Origin: Thermoplasmatales archaeon
GTDB lineage: Archaea; Thermoplasmatota; Thermoplasmata; Thermoplasmatales; GCA-001856825
Assembly (NCBI GenBank): GCA_038728965.1
Contig: JAVYSX010000002.1
Coordinates: forward strand, 2,122 to 66,121
Length of the DNA stretch: 64,000 nucleotides
Direction of reading: 5' to 3'
The position numbers and the translations under genes were made by a program. Below the pieces are notes generated by a model. That model saw only the letters and a list, made by a program, of their open reading frames with translations. It was not told where the DNA came from and ran no database searches. This document shows positions 10,019-19,001 of this stretch, one piece after another; the stretch's first letter is position 1; every line of letters begins with the position of its first letter.

Positions 10019-11410
10019 TCAACATACACATCTTCTATACCTGTACCTCTCGAATACCATCTCAACTCCAGAATTCGTTAATCTGAACATAACCTCCATC
10101 CTCGCTGATCCCGATAGAGTGAAGAATCTGACCTCTTCACTTTGGCTTTCACCAACGTTGTCGGGGATCAGGATATGATCGCCTATATCTTCCCCAGAAA
10201 GCATAAGAAAATCACCATTTCTGGTTACCCTCGCAGAGAGCAGTCCCTTGTACGTTTTATAAATACCCTCAAGTTTTCTTAACAAATTCTCCATCCTGAG
10301 TGGAACAAGGGTGTCTTCAGGGTCCTCCCCTAACATCAGGCTCAGGCCATACAGGCATAACAGTACGGGATCATATGCTTCAGCATTCATCAATATTGAG
10401 ACACCAATCCCCCTCTCGGGGAGAAACGCAATAGCTGATGCGTAAACGGATACCGAGCCACCGTGGCACAAGAGCCTCTCCGAGTAGAATTTTCTAGTCG
10501 TGAAAAAGCCGTAGCCATAACCAATATCAGGGAATATTTTCTTTGGAGGTCTAGAGTACGGGAGCCACATTTTCTCGATCATATCATCCCCAACCACATT
10601 CTTCCCTGAAAATTTGCCCTTGTTTATATACATCATAACATAGTTTGAAAGATCTCTTACATTACTCATAATACCTCCGGCAGCAGGTTGGCTCTGCCAG
10701 GGAATTGAACTAGTCACAACCCTACCGTTGTCAAAAAGATAAGGTGTCGCAAAGTTACCGTCCCTTTCAACCTCTTCCTTTTTAAAAAACGTTCTTTTCA
10801 TATGGAGGGGTTTCAGAATGTTTTCCTTCACGTATTCTTCATAAGACTTACCACTCACCTTTGAGATCAATTCTCCAAGGAGAAAGTAGCCCTCGTTGAG
10901 ATAGAAGTATTTGGACCCAGGGGGCCCCTCCCTCCAGTCTGATACCTCATCGAGGAATGAGGCCATATCATCCGCAGTTGTTATGGGAAGCCAATTTTTA
11001 GTTTTTCCTGTAGCATAGTATATCAGCGTTTCCGCCCAACCCAACCCAGGAATTCCGCTAGAATGAGAAAGCAGGTGGTGGATTTCAACATCATCGAATC
11101 CCCTCCCTAATAATGATGGAAAGAAATCTGTTATCCTGTCGTGGAAATCTAGTAGCCCATCTTCCACTAGTTTAGATATTGCAAGCGAAGTGAACGACTT
11201 TGATATCGATCCTATCCCGTAGATCGTATCAATGTCTGCGGGAATAGCATCTGCCACATTCCTAAATCCAAAAGACCTGGCGTGAATTATTTGATTCCTG
11301 TTAAAGATGGAAACGGTCACACTTGGCATTTTACTCTCTCTGACCTTTGAAAATATGAAATCGTCAAATTTTTCAAACTCCCGAGCAAACAACCTATCTG
11401 TCATATACAC
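10019..11410 (-). CDS. serine hydrolase of the beta-lactamase/PBP (class C-like) family
   Basis: 463 aa with the S-x-x-K motif (GSISKSF), YLNEGY (a Y-x-N-like motif) and a HGG triad region. Confidence 0.8.
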   Translation of the reverse strand: MYMTDRLFAREFEKFDDFIFSKVRESKMPSVTVSIFNRNQIIHARSFGFRNVADAIPADIDTIYGIGSISKSFTSLAISKLVEDGLLDFHDRITDFFPSLLGRGFDDVEIHHLLSHSSGIPGLGWAETLIYYATGKTKNWLPITTADDMASFLDEVSDWREGPPGSKYFYLNEGYFLLGELISKVSGKSYEEYVKENILKPLHMKRTFFKKEEVERDGNFATPYLFDNGRVVTSSIPWQSQPAAGGIMSNVRDLSNYVMMYINKGKFSGKNVVGDDMIEKMWLPYSRPPKKIFPDIGYGYGFFTTRKFYSERLLCHGGSVSVYASAIAFLPERGIGVSILMNAEAYDPVLLCLYGLSLMLGEDPEDTLVPLRMENLLRKLEGIYKTYKGLLSARVTRNGDFLMLSGEDIGDHILIPDNVGESQSEEVRFFTLSGSARMEVMFRLTNSGVEMVFERYRYRRCVC

Positions 11411-11586
11411 TCAGATTAAAAATTGGTCTGTCTTAAATACCTTTTCAGAAAATTAAAAGGGGATTTTTGAGATCAAGGTCCACGGTACTCTAGCATCGAT
11501 TGGCGGTTTAATTAAGCGGTGCAGAATACAACCCAATCAGCAGGCTTACCAAACGTTTGAGCTTGTTTAGGTTTTGAAAAATGAAG

Positions 11587-12738
11587 TTATAACATCATTT
11601 TTCTAAAAGCATTATCGAGATCCTCTAGGAGATCAGAAACATCCTCCAGTCCTACGGAAAATCTCAGGAGGTTCTCACTTATGCCGGCCTTCCTTCTTTG
11701 CTCAGCTGGTATTCCCGCATGGGTCATCGAGTAAGGTTGTTCTATAAGCGATTCCACACCACCAAGGCTCTCAGCAAGAGAAATATATCTGAGATTTTTC
11801 AGAAAATTTTTGATTCCCCTCCCATTGGCCTTCAAGTAAAATGAAAGCATTCCCCCAAATCCTGACATCTGTGCAGAGGCGAGCCTGTGGTACTTGAAAG
11901 AGCTCAATCCTGGATAAAGGACATCATCGACTTCTTCCCTCTCCTCCAGGTACTTTGAAATCTCCATCGCATTCCTTTCATGTCTCTCCATTCTTATTGA
12001 AAGGGTCTTAATTCCCCTGACGGTGAGATATGAATCGAATGGGCTAAGTACGGCTCCAATCGCATTCTGATTGAATTTTATCTTATCATAGATTTCGCTG
12101 TCGTTCAGCATAACGGCACCCCCGAGCGAATCACTGTGACCGTTGATGTACTTAGTCGTACTGTGAATCACAATGTCAGCGCCAAGCTTCAGAGGGTTCT
12201 GAAAGAAAGGGCTGGCAAAAGTGTTATCCACAATAAGCAGAGAGCCATGTTCGTGAGAAATTTTCGCTATATTTCTTATATCGATTATTTTCATCAATGG
12301 ATTAGAAGGTGATTCTATCCACACGGCCTTTTCCCCCTGAAATATCCTTTCTTCGAAATCTTCCGTGAGATCCACGGATTTGAACTTGAGATCAAATTTT
12401 CTTAAGACCTTATCAAACAATCTCTTTGTACCGCCGTATAAGTCGTCAGAAACCAAGATCTCATCCCCCTTCTTGAGTATAGAAAGTAGGGTTGTGGTCT
12501 CGGCGGCAAGGCCGGAAGAGAAAGCAAGACCATATTTTGCTTCTTCGATTGCTGCGAGTTTCTTCTCAAGTACTGTTCTAGTTGGATTTCCAGTTCGCGT
12601 GTATTCATAGCCGGATGTTGGTAAGCCCGGTTCCCTCCTCGCAAATGTTGTGGAAAGGTGTATAGGCGCAACAACGTCTCCGCTGGAATTAAGATCAGGA
12701 TCCTCCCCTACGTGTATTGACTTTGTTTGAAATCTCAT
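11587..12738 (-). CDS. cystathionine gamma-lyase/gamma-synthase family PLP enzyme
   Basis: 383 aa of the Cys/Met-metabolism PLP family. Motifs YTRTGNPTR, DNTFASP and STTKYINGHSD (PLP lysine). Confidence 0.85.
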   Translation of the reverse strand: MRFQTKSIHVGEDPDLNSSGDVVAPIHLSTTFARREPGLPTSGYEYTRTGNPTRTVLEKKLAAIEEAKYGLAFSSGLAAETTTLLSILKKGDEILVSDDLYGGTKRLFDKVLRKFDLKFKSVDLTEDFEERIFQGEKAVWIESPSNPLMKIIDIRNIAKISHEHGSLLIVDNTFASPFFQNPLKLGADIVIHSTTKYINGHSDSLGGAVMLNDSEIYDKIKFNQNAIGAVLSPFDSYLTVRGIKTLSIRMERHERNAMEISKYLEEREEVDDVLYPGLSSFKYHRLASAQMSGFGGMLSFYLKANGRGIKNFLKNLRYISLAESLGGVESLIEQPYSMTHAGIPAEQRRKAGISENLLRFSVGLEDVSDLLEDLDNAFRKMML

Positions 12739-13703
12739 CCTTTCACCTCTAAAAAGTTATTTTTTATCATCCATTCGTCGTTGTATATCTTGCTTAGATA
12801 TCTATACCCGGAATCTGGAAATATAACCAGGATATTCTTTCCCCTGAATTTAGGTGCAATCTTTAGCGCGGCAACCATAGCAGATCCGCTAGAACCTCCA
12901 GCAAAAATACCCTCCTCACGTGCAAGTCTTCTGGCCATGAGGAATGATTCTTTGTCATTGACCTGTATCATATCATCGATAACAGAGAAATCAACTGCCT
13001 TGACAATATAATCCTCCCCTATGCCCTCGACTTTGTATGTATGCGGTTTAGTGATCTTGCCAAACTTGAAGTAATCGTAGAAGACTGACCCCTCAGGATC
13101 AACCCCTATTATTTTCACTTCAGGTTTTCTTTCTTTAAGGTATCTTCCGACCCCAGAAATGGTGCCCCCAGTACCAATCCCTGCTACAAGAACATCTACA
13201 TTGCTATCCATCTGCCGCCAAATCTCTGGGCCAGTCGTCTCATAGTGGCACCTGATGTTCTCCGGGTTGTTGTACTGATCTGGATAATAAGCATTCATTT
13301 CTTCGGATATTTTCTTGGCCTTGGAGTAGTAACTTTCGGGCGAATCGTAGGGGACGTCGGTTGGCGTCACTACAACGTCAGCACCAAATGCCTTCATGAG
13401 GTTTATCTTCTCTTGGCTCATCTTGTCAGGGATTGTTATAATAGCCTTTTTCCCTTTTACAGCGGAAATCATGGCTATTGCAGCACCCGTGTTTCCAGAA
13501 GAATTTTCCACCACACAATCTTTCAATCTGCCCGTCCTTTCTGCTTCCTCTAGTATAAAGTATGCCATTCTGTCCTTTATGCTTCCGCCAGGGTTGAAGT
13601 ACTCCAGCTTCGCATAGATGTTATCGCCGGGTTGTGCGATCTTATTGATCCTTACTATGGGAGTATTTCCAATTGTTTCCAGAATACTTTTGAAAATTTG
13701 CAC
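12735..13703 (-). CDS. cysteine synthase / cystathionine beta-synthase-type PLP enzyme
   Basis: 322 aa with NPGGSIKDR (PLP lysine), SSGNTG and GTGGTISG. A 4-nt ATGA overlap with the downstream gamma-lyase gene indicates an operon. Confidence 0.85.
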   Translation of the reverse strand: MQIFKSILETIGNTPIVRINKIAQPGDNIYAKLEYFNPGGSIKDRMAYFILEEAERTGRLKDCVVENSSGNTGAAIAMISAVKGKKAIITIPDKMSQEKINLMKAFGADVVVTPTDVPYDSPESYYSKAKKISEEMNAYYPDQYNNPENIRCHYETTGPEIWRQMDSNVDVLVAGIGTGGTISGVGRYLKERKPEVKIIGVDPEGSVFYDYFKFGKITKPHTYKVEGIGEDYIVKAVDFSVIDDMIQVNDKESFLMARRLAREEGIFAGGSSGSAMVAALKIAPKFRGKNILVIFPDSGYRYLSKIYNDEWMIKNNFLEVKG

Positions 13704-13874
13704 ATTATCCTGAGGGTAAAGTTACATAAAACTATTTATGTGGTCCGTGAGAAGCCTTAAAAATCAATGGAAAAAGTAGAGGATTTTGAAATTCTTAAGG
13801 GGCCTTAAATTCAGAATATTGTTTGTAAATCCGCTCCTAAAGGATCATCACTATTTACGGCCACCAATTATTTA

Positions 13875-13982
13875 GATTTCCAGTTAAATGCGGCTCTAGA
13901 AATCATGGATCACCTTTTTATTGATTTTCCAGCTACATTAGATAGCTTTAATGGATACTATAACAAATTTTATGATTTCCAG
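13875..13982. repeat. three direct copies of a GATTT(T)CCAG-centred ~20-nt motif at ~50-bp spacing
   Basis: ttatttaGATTTCCAGttaaatg (13875), tttattGATTTTCCAGctacatt (13923) and attttatGATTTCCAGatacatc (13974). They sit in a 437-bp ORF-poor spacer. Confidence 0.4.
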
Positions 13983-14140
13983 ATACATCTCAGCTTACCT
14001 CATACGCCTTTCAGTTAAGTTTTTCCTTAGTCATGCGATAATTTCTCCTTTTTTATTAACTTTATCTGACAATGCCTGCAGCTTAGATATCTATTGTCTT
14101 AATCATCGTAAAGCCTGACAGTCACTCATCCTATGAGATA

Positions 14141-14236
14141 CGCCGGGGGGGAGATTTGAACTCCCGATCTCTTGCGAGAACAGGCTTTCTGTGAATTACT
14201 CCAGGCCTGCGCCTTACCGGACTGGGCCACCCCGGC
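14141..14236 (-). tRNA. tRNA-Ser(GGA) with a ~12-nt intron at the canonical 37/38 position
   Basis: Reverse complement reads GCCGGGG-TG-GCCC..GGC-G-CAGGC-CUGGAG[uaauucacagaa]A-GCCUG, then a long variable arm (UCUC-GCAA-GAGA), then GGGAG-UUCAAAU-CUCCC-CCCCGGC-G. The acceptor, anticodon and T stems all pair. Confidence 0.8.
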
Positions 14237-14284
14237 TTCAATTAACCTCAAGGACACAAGGTTTATTATTATTTCCACATTCAG

Positions 14285-15052
14285 ATGCGCATGGAACTCC
14301 TAGAGGGAACTATAGAATCCATAAATTTATTCATAAGGGAGTTCGTAGGGGAAAGGGACGTCGTTGTAGGCATATCTGGCGGGATAGACTCGGCTCTTGT
14401 CTCCTATCTTCTCAAAACAAATCTTAAGAAAGAAAGGGTTCATCTCTATTCTCTACCGTTTGGTGCCGAGAGCGGCGACGTCAAAAGGGTGGCCGACTTC
14501 CTAAAAATGAGTTATGAGACTGTTGATCTGATGCCTCTTCTTCAATTCTTCCTAACTAATACTAACGATAAGAAGGTTATAGGTAATCTCAAGTCAAGAC
14601 TACGGATGGTATTTCTATATTCGGTATCAAACAGGCTAAATGGTCTCGTTGCCGGAACATCCAATAAGAGCGAACTACTCACCGGTTATTTCACAAAGTA
14701 TGGGGACGGCGGTTCTGATTTTCAGCCTATTGGCGATCTTTACAAAACTCAGGTTTTCGCAATTGCAAGATCGCTTAACTTTCCTGCCTGGCTCATTGAA
14801 AAGAAACCTAGTGCTGAGTTGTGGGAGGGCCAATCAGATGAAGACGAACTAGGAATAACATACGAGAAACTTGACAAAATTTTGGAGTGTCTGGAGTATC
14901 TGAAAACTCCAGATAAATGCCCCGTGGAAGGGTGCTCCAAACAGGAAGTTGAAAGGGTGTATTCTCTAGTGGGAAAAAATGCCCACAAGAGGGTTAATTT
15001 TTATATTCCAAAAGTTGGCTTCAGATCTGTTGGCACTGACTGGCTAGAATAG
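14285..15052 (+). CDS. nadE: NH3-dependent NAD+ synthetase
   Basis: 255 aa with the PP-loop GISGGIDSA, plus NKSELLTGYFTKYGDG and PSAELW. Confidence 0.85.
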   Translation: MRMELLEGTIESINLFIREFVGERDVVVGISGGIDSALVSYLLKTNLKKERVHLYSLPFGAESGDVKRVADFLKMSYETVDLMPLLQFFLTNTNDKKVIGNLKSRLRMVFLYSVSNRLNGLVAGTSNKSELLTGYFTKYGDGGSDFQPIGDLYKTQVFAIARSLNFPAWLIEKKPSAELWEGQSDEDELGITYEKLDKILECLEYLKTPDKCPVEGCSKQEVERVYSLVGKNAHKRVNFYIPKVGFRSVGTDWLE

Positions 15053-15059
15053 GAGATTA

Positions 15060-15395
15060 CTAAACGAGTTTTAGATCGCCTGTTATGCTGTCAATCAAAT
15101 TGTCTTCATCTGGACCAAACCCTGCACAGGTCAGGGTATTGGGTTCAACTTGGGTTAGCCCCGCATCCCTGATCGGGCAGGTCTCTACGCCGATCGCTTC
15201 TGCTTTTCTTATGAGTGAAATCAGTTCATTCTCATCTTTTACCCACACTACTACCTTTTTCTGTCCTTCCTTTACCCATGTATCTTTTTTAATGGAAGGT
15301 CTTAAGGTACACTCCACAGCTGCATGAGCAACCTGTACTGCAATTTTTCCCCTGCCCATATCCAGGTCTTTCCTGACCGCTACGGCTAATTTCAA
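15060..15395 (-). CDS. pth2: peptidyl-tRNA hydrolase, archaeal Pth2 type
   Basis: 111 aa with MGRGKIAVQVAHAAV and IRDAGLTQVEPNTLTCAGFGP, as expected for the PTH2 family. Confidence 0.85.
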   Translation of the reverse strand: MKLAVAVRKDLDMGRGKIAVQVAHAAVECTLRPSIKKDTWVKEGQKKVVVWVKDENELISLIRKAEAIGVETCPIRDAGLTQVEPNTLTCAGFGPDEDNLIDSITGDLKLV

Positions 15396-15427
15396 CGGCA
15401 GAGAAATTATAATTAGTATATATTACA

Positions 15428-16081
15428 TTGGCTCACGTGAATTTCTATGCTGCTATTCTAATATCTCTCAGTGCATTCACAGTTCTCTTCTATATAAACT
15501 GGAACAGGATAGACAGGATAGTAGACGAGGGCACATTTGTAAAGTTTCTTCTTTATGGAGTCTTCCTTGGAATTGTTTATACTGTACTATTCCTCTACGC
15601 ATTCATCACATTATCATCGTACGTTGACCTTATATTCCTCGTGACGTTCGTTTTCCTCCCACTACTTTCAGCGGGGGAACAGACGTCTATGTTCACGGGT
15701 AAATATAAAAATAGGTCAGATCTTTATCAGCTTGGTTCCTCTCTGGGCGGTGCGTTCTCTTTCCCGGTCTCATTCGGGATAGCCATAATAACAAAGAACA
15801 GCATCGATGATTATTTTTTTGTTACCCTCATCGCAGCCTTTGCCTTTTTAACGAACATGATGTCAGGAATGCTCTTATCAAAAGGTGTAATGTTGAGGAA
15901 AATTCGTTTCTACTATTTTTTAGCGTTTCTCGTGCAGATGATGTTTTCCTCAGCAGTCTTTCTCGAACTCTACGAGGGATCCTATTCCTTAATTGCTGTT
16001 ATTCCTGAAGTTTTGGTTTCTGTGTTCCTATACTTCAGATTCTTTCACAGGGAGTTGGGAACCGTTAGGGCACCTGGTTAA
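15428..16081 (+). CDS. polytopic membrane protein, unknown function
   Basis: 217 aa with about 7 TM segments and a TTG start. No motif recognised. Confidence 0.45.
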   Translation: MAHVNFYAAILISLSAFTVLFYINWNRIDRIVDEGTFVKFLLYGVFLGIVYTVLFLYAFITLSSYVDLIFLVTFVFLPLLSAGEQTSMFTGKYKNRSDLYQLGSSLGGAFSFPVSFGIAIITKNSIDDYFFVTLIAAFAFLTNMMSGMLLSKGVMLRKIRFYYFLAFLVQMMFSSAVFLELYEGSYSLIAVIPEVLVSVFLYFRFFHRELGTVRAPG

Positions 16082-16145
16082 AAATCCTACAAAATTTTCC
16101 GCCTTAAAGAAAACCTATATCAACGTAGAGATAGTAAGGCATCTA

Positions 16146-16640
16146 ATGATAATACCGATGGTCACGATAAGAAGGAGGAAGGTGGTGGAATTAGATGCTC
16201 TGAATGATTACGAATCCGGTCCACTTTGGGCGGTCGATGATGACTTTAAGCACGGAAAAGAGCTGAACTTCGCATTATACGATGATCTGTCTTCCCTTTA
16301 TAATTTGTACCTGGATCTGGAAACAAGACACACGGACGATGTGGAAGATGCCCTCACCACTGGGGCCTCAATGGTGACGATAACAGATAGAATGAGTCGA
16401 GACAAAGTTAGAGAGATTTTATCAATAACGGAGTCTGTGATTCTGTACATAAGAGAGTATGAGTCGAAGACCCGATACTTTCTTGAGAGTGGGGGTTCTT
16501 ACGTTTTTTCCGATGTGGGGGTCGTAACAGGTGCAAAGGTGCAGTTCACATCCAAATTTAGGTGCAAAAACTGTTTTATGGTTATACCCATAGGAGAAGC
16601 GAATGACGGAAGAAATAAGGAAGCTCCTTCTTTACCTTGA
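16146..16640 (+). CDS. hypothetical protein (acidic, soluble)
   Basis: The track ORF starts at 15993 but overlaps the preceding gene by 88 nt. The internal ATG at 16146 (MIIPMVTIRRRK...) is the more plausible start. No family recognised. Confidence 0.4.
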   Translation: MIIPMVTIRRRKVVELDALNDYESGPLWAVDDDFKHGKELNFALYDDLSSLYNLYLDLETRHTDDVEDALTTGASMVTITDRMSRDKVREILSITESVILYIREYESKTRYFLESGGSYVFSDVGVVTGAKVQFTSKFRCKNCFMVIPIGEANDGRNKEAPSLP

Positions 16641-17064
16641 GAGGAGCACTGGGAAGTACGAGTTCTCAGAGACAGAGATTATGAACAACATATCGATAAA
16701 ATCCAGGTATCTGACCCCAGACCAGGTTAAGGAATTCCTGAGAGTTGCCGTGGAGGGAGGATATCTCACCCTTAAGAATGGTCTATATAGGATAACATGT
16801 TCCCTTGACGGGATCGACCTTGGGCTTGACTACAAACCGGATTTCAATATAATCATCGAGAATAAAGGCGAAAGGGATGACACGGACATCATTATAGAGG
16901 AAATAGTGAAAAAGACGGGAAAGACAAAGAAGGAGGTAGTTTCGGAGATCAACAGAATGATAGAGAGGAACCCATACATCAGGGCCCGGATAGCGGCGTT
17001 GATCCTAGCTAAGTTATCTGGCGTTGATGTCAACGGATTCCTTGAATCAGGAGGATCCCCTTGA
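16603..17064 (+). CDS. conserved archaeal hypothetical protein with an N-terminal winged-helix-like region (DUF2240-like; tentative)
   Basis: 153 aa, overlapping the upstream ORF by 38 nt. The layout LTPDQVKEFLRVAVEGGYL...G.Y is reminiscent of wHTH. Family assignment is from memory only. Confidence 0.4.
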   Translation: MTEEIRKLLLYLERSTGKYEFSETEIMNNISIKSRYLTPDQVKEFLRVAVEGGYLTLKNGLYRITCSLDGIDLGLDYKPDFNIIIENKGERDDTDIIIEEIVKKTGKTKKEVVSEINRMIERNPYIRARIAALILAKLSGVDVNGFLESGGSP

Positions 17065-17787
17065 ATATTCTAGGGGATCCTTGTTCAAATATGATGCATA
17101 TTTAGTTGCGGTGTCGTACATTTCAAGCTCCATAGCAATATCGGATGCCGCGTCAAAGATCTCAGAATAATTAGAAACATATCTGATCCTTTCCTCTTTC
17201 CTCTTAAGCTTGGATGCATTCTCAGTCACTCTTTTGATAGCATCATCGATTATTCTGAGAGCGTCGTTACCCCTTCCATTCTCAAGAAGGAGATAGGAAT
17301 AGTTGACAGTCGCCTGAGCTAGCATGTCAATGTTGCCCCCGCTATTGGCCTCTTTTATTGCCATCTCAAATAAAGAGGATGCCTCCTTAAAGTCATCAAT
17401 TATAGTGGCGATTGAGATCATGGAATAAATCTCATCGTCCTTATCACTCAATTCCTGATATATGCTTAATGCCTTCCTGCCAAATTCCTCTGCCTTCTTT
17501 GTGTCTTCTAGAGACAGAATCTGGCTCATAAGGAGGCAGGAATCAGCTATACCCCTCCTGTCGCTTATCTCGTTTGATATTGCTAAGGCTTCTTCCGCAT
17601 TCATTTTTGCATTTTCCTGGTCGGGTGTGTCCTGGTATAGGTAGCATTCCGCCTTTATTCTAAGGATTTCCGACTTTGACGCCTTCGATTCCAGATTTTT
17701 TATATTTTCTTCAATATAGGCAATGCAGCTCTTGAGATCCCCGTTGTCTTCAAGAACCTTGGCTCTTTCAACTATCTCGCTGTCCAT
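17047..17787 (-). CDS. TPR-like helical repeat protein
   Basis: 246 aa of repeated ~34-40 aa A..A/Y..A helical units (AECYLYQ..., ALSIYQEL..., AIKEAN...). Confidence 0.5.
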   Translation of the reverse strand: MDSEIVERAKVLEDNGDLKSCIAYIEENIKNLESKASKSEILRIKAECYLYQDTPDQENAKMNAEEALAISNEISDRRGIADSCLLMSQILSLEDTKKAEEFGRKALSIYQELSDKDDEIYSMISIATIIDDFKEASSLFEMAIKEANSGGNIDMLAQATVNYSYLLLENGRGNDALRIIDDAIKRVTENASKLKRKEERIRYVSNYSEIFDAASDIAMELEMYDTATKYASYLNKDPLEYSRGSS

Positions 17788-18445
17788 CTTTGCTCCCTTT
17801 CGTACTCATTTCAAGCAATTTAATATTTTCTTCTATGTTTCCGGAAAATATCGCGGATGCGCTGACTATTATATCAGGTCCAAGTTTTGCAATCGCGGAA
17901 ATATTTTCCTTTTTTATTCCCCCGTCAACCCCTATCATGAAGCTTAGACCTTCCTTATCCCTGTAGTCCCTCAGCAGATGGATCTTTTTAGTAGAATCCT
18001 CTATCATTTTTTGCCCGGAGAAACCCGGAAATACAGTCATTACTAAAACGTAGCCGATCATACTTAGGAGACCTTCTATTTTTGACACAGGCGTATCCGG
18101 GTTTATAGCTATTCCAGGAATTTTCCCTAACTTCTCTATCTGCGCTAAAACCCTTTTAGTCTGTACAGGAGATTCGTAATGTATCGTAACTATGTCAGAA
18201 AAAGAGGCATATTTTTCCACATAAACATCCGGGTTCGATATCATGAGGTGGCTTTCAAGCCTGACAGCAGGGAATCTGCTCCTTATTGACTGTCCGAACG
18301 GAATCCCCATAGTGAGATTCGGAACAAAATGCCCGTCCATGACATCAAGGTGTATCCACCTTATCCCCGAACCAGTGACGACCCTTATGCTGTGCTCCAA
18401 ATTCAGAAGATCTGCAGCAAGCACAGATGCCGATAGTTCTGCCAT
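17768..18445 (-). CDS. rpe: ribulose-phosphate 3-epimerase
   Basis: Motifs SVLAADLLNLEH, IHLDVMDGHFVPN, PGFSGQ and VDGGI. The track ORF extends to 18502, but the ATG at 18445 (MAELSASVLAAD) matches the usual RPE N-terminus. Confidence 0.85.
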   Translation of the reverse strand: MAELSASVLAADLLNLEHSIRVVTGSGIRWIHLDVMDGHFVPNLTMGIPFGQSIRSRFPAVRLESHLMISNPDVYVEKYASFSDIVTIHYESPVQTKRVLAQIEKLGKIPGIAINPDTPVSKIEGLLSMIGYVLVMTVFPGFSGQKMIEDSTKKIHLLRDYRDKEGLSFMIGVDGGIKKENISAIAKLGPDIIVSASAIFSGNIEENIKLLEMSTKGSKDGQRDS

Positions 18446-18536
18446 TTCTATCAGCCCCTGATTCAGTACTGTAGTAAAAATTGTTCCATAGGCGGGAATC
18501 ACACAATTACTAAATACTCTTTAAAATTCATACACG

Positions 18537-19001
18537 ATGAAAAGTGCATATGACTCGCTCGACATTAGAATACTGAACGTACTCAGGGACGACGCAACGA
18601 TTGGTTATAATGAGATTTCAAAGAAGGTGAAATCTCCCCCGACCACAGTCTTCCAGCGCGTCAAGAGGATGAAGGACAGAGAGATAATAAAAAAGATAGT
18701 ACCTCTCATTGATCACGAGAAGCTGGACTACAAAATGACCGCTTTCATTTTTATAGCAATAACAGATATAAAGGAGCTCGATAGGATTGCCAAAGAGCTT
18801 TCAAAGCTGGACGAAGTTCTTGACGTTCATCATGTTTCGGGGGATAATGATATACTGTTGAAGGTAAAGGTAAGGGATGCCAGCGAACTCAAGGATTTTG
18901 AGGTCGAGAAGGTCGGAGCAATCAGGGGGATAAGATCTGTAAGTACTGTTCTGAGTTTGGGTATTTTTAAGGAAGAGCACTCTGTCAAACTGAGGACATA
19001 A
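18537..19001 (+). CDS. Lrp/AsnC family transcriptional regulator
   Basis: 154 aa. LDIRILNVLRDDATIGYNEISKKVKSPPTTVFQRVKRM (HTH) plus a C-terminal RAM domain. Confidence 0.85.
   Translation: MKSAYDSLDIRILNVLRDDATIGYNEISKKVKSPPTTVFQRVKRMKDREIIKKIVPLIDHEKLDYKMTAFIFIAITDIKELDRIAKELSKLDEVLDVHHVSGDNDILLKVKVRDASELKDFEVEKVGAIRGIRSVSTVLSLGIFKEEHSVKLRT

Noticed and set aside
13905-14018. 37-aa ORF (MDHLFIDFPATLDSFNGYYNKFYDFQIHLSLPHTPFS) inside the repeat-containing spacer
   Set aside because: Its apparent internal periodicity (DFP/DFQ) simply reflects the underlying DNA direct repeats. It has no RBS or promoter signal, so it is likely non-coding.
14191-14427. 78-aa + strand ORF overlapping the tRNA-Ser gene and the nadE start
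   Set aside because: Its 5' part is the antisense of the tRNA, and its 3' part is an alternative frame of nadE. The Arg/Gly/Pro-rich composition supports a spurious call.
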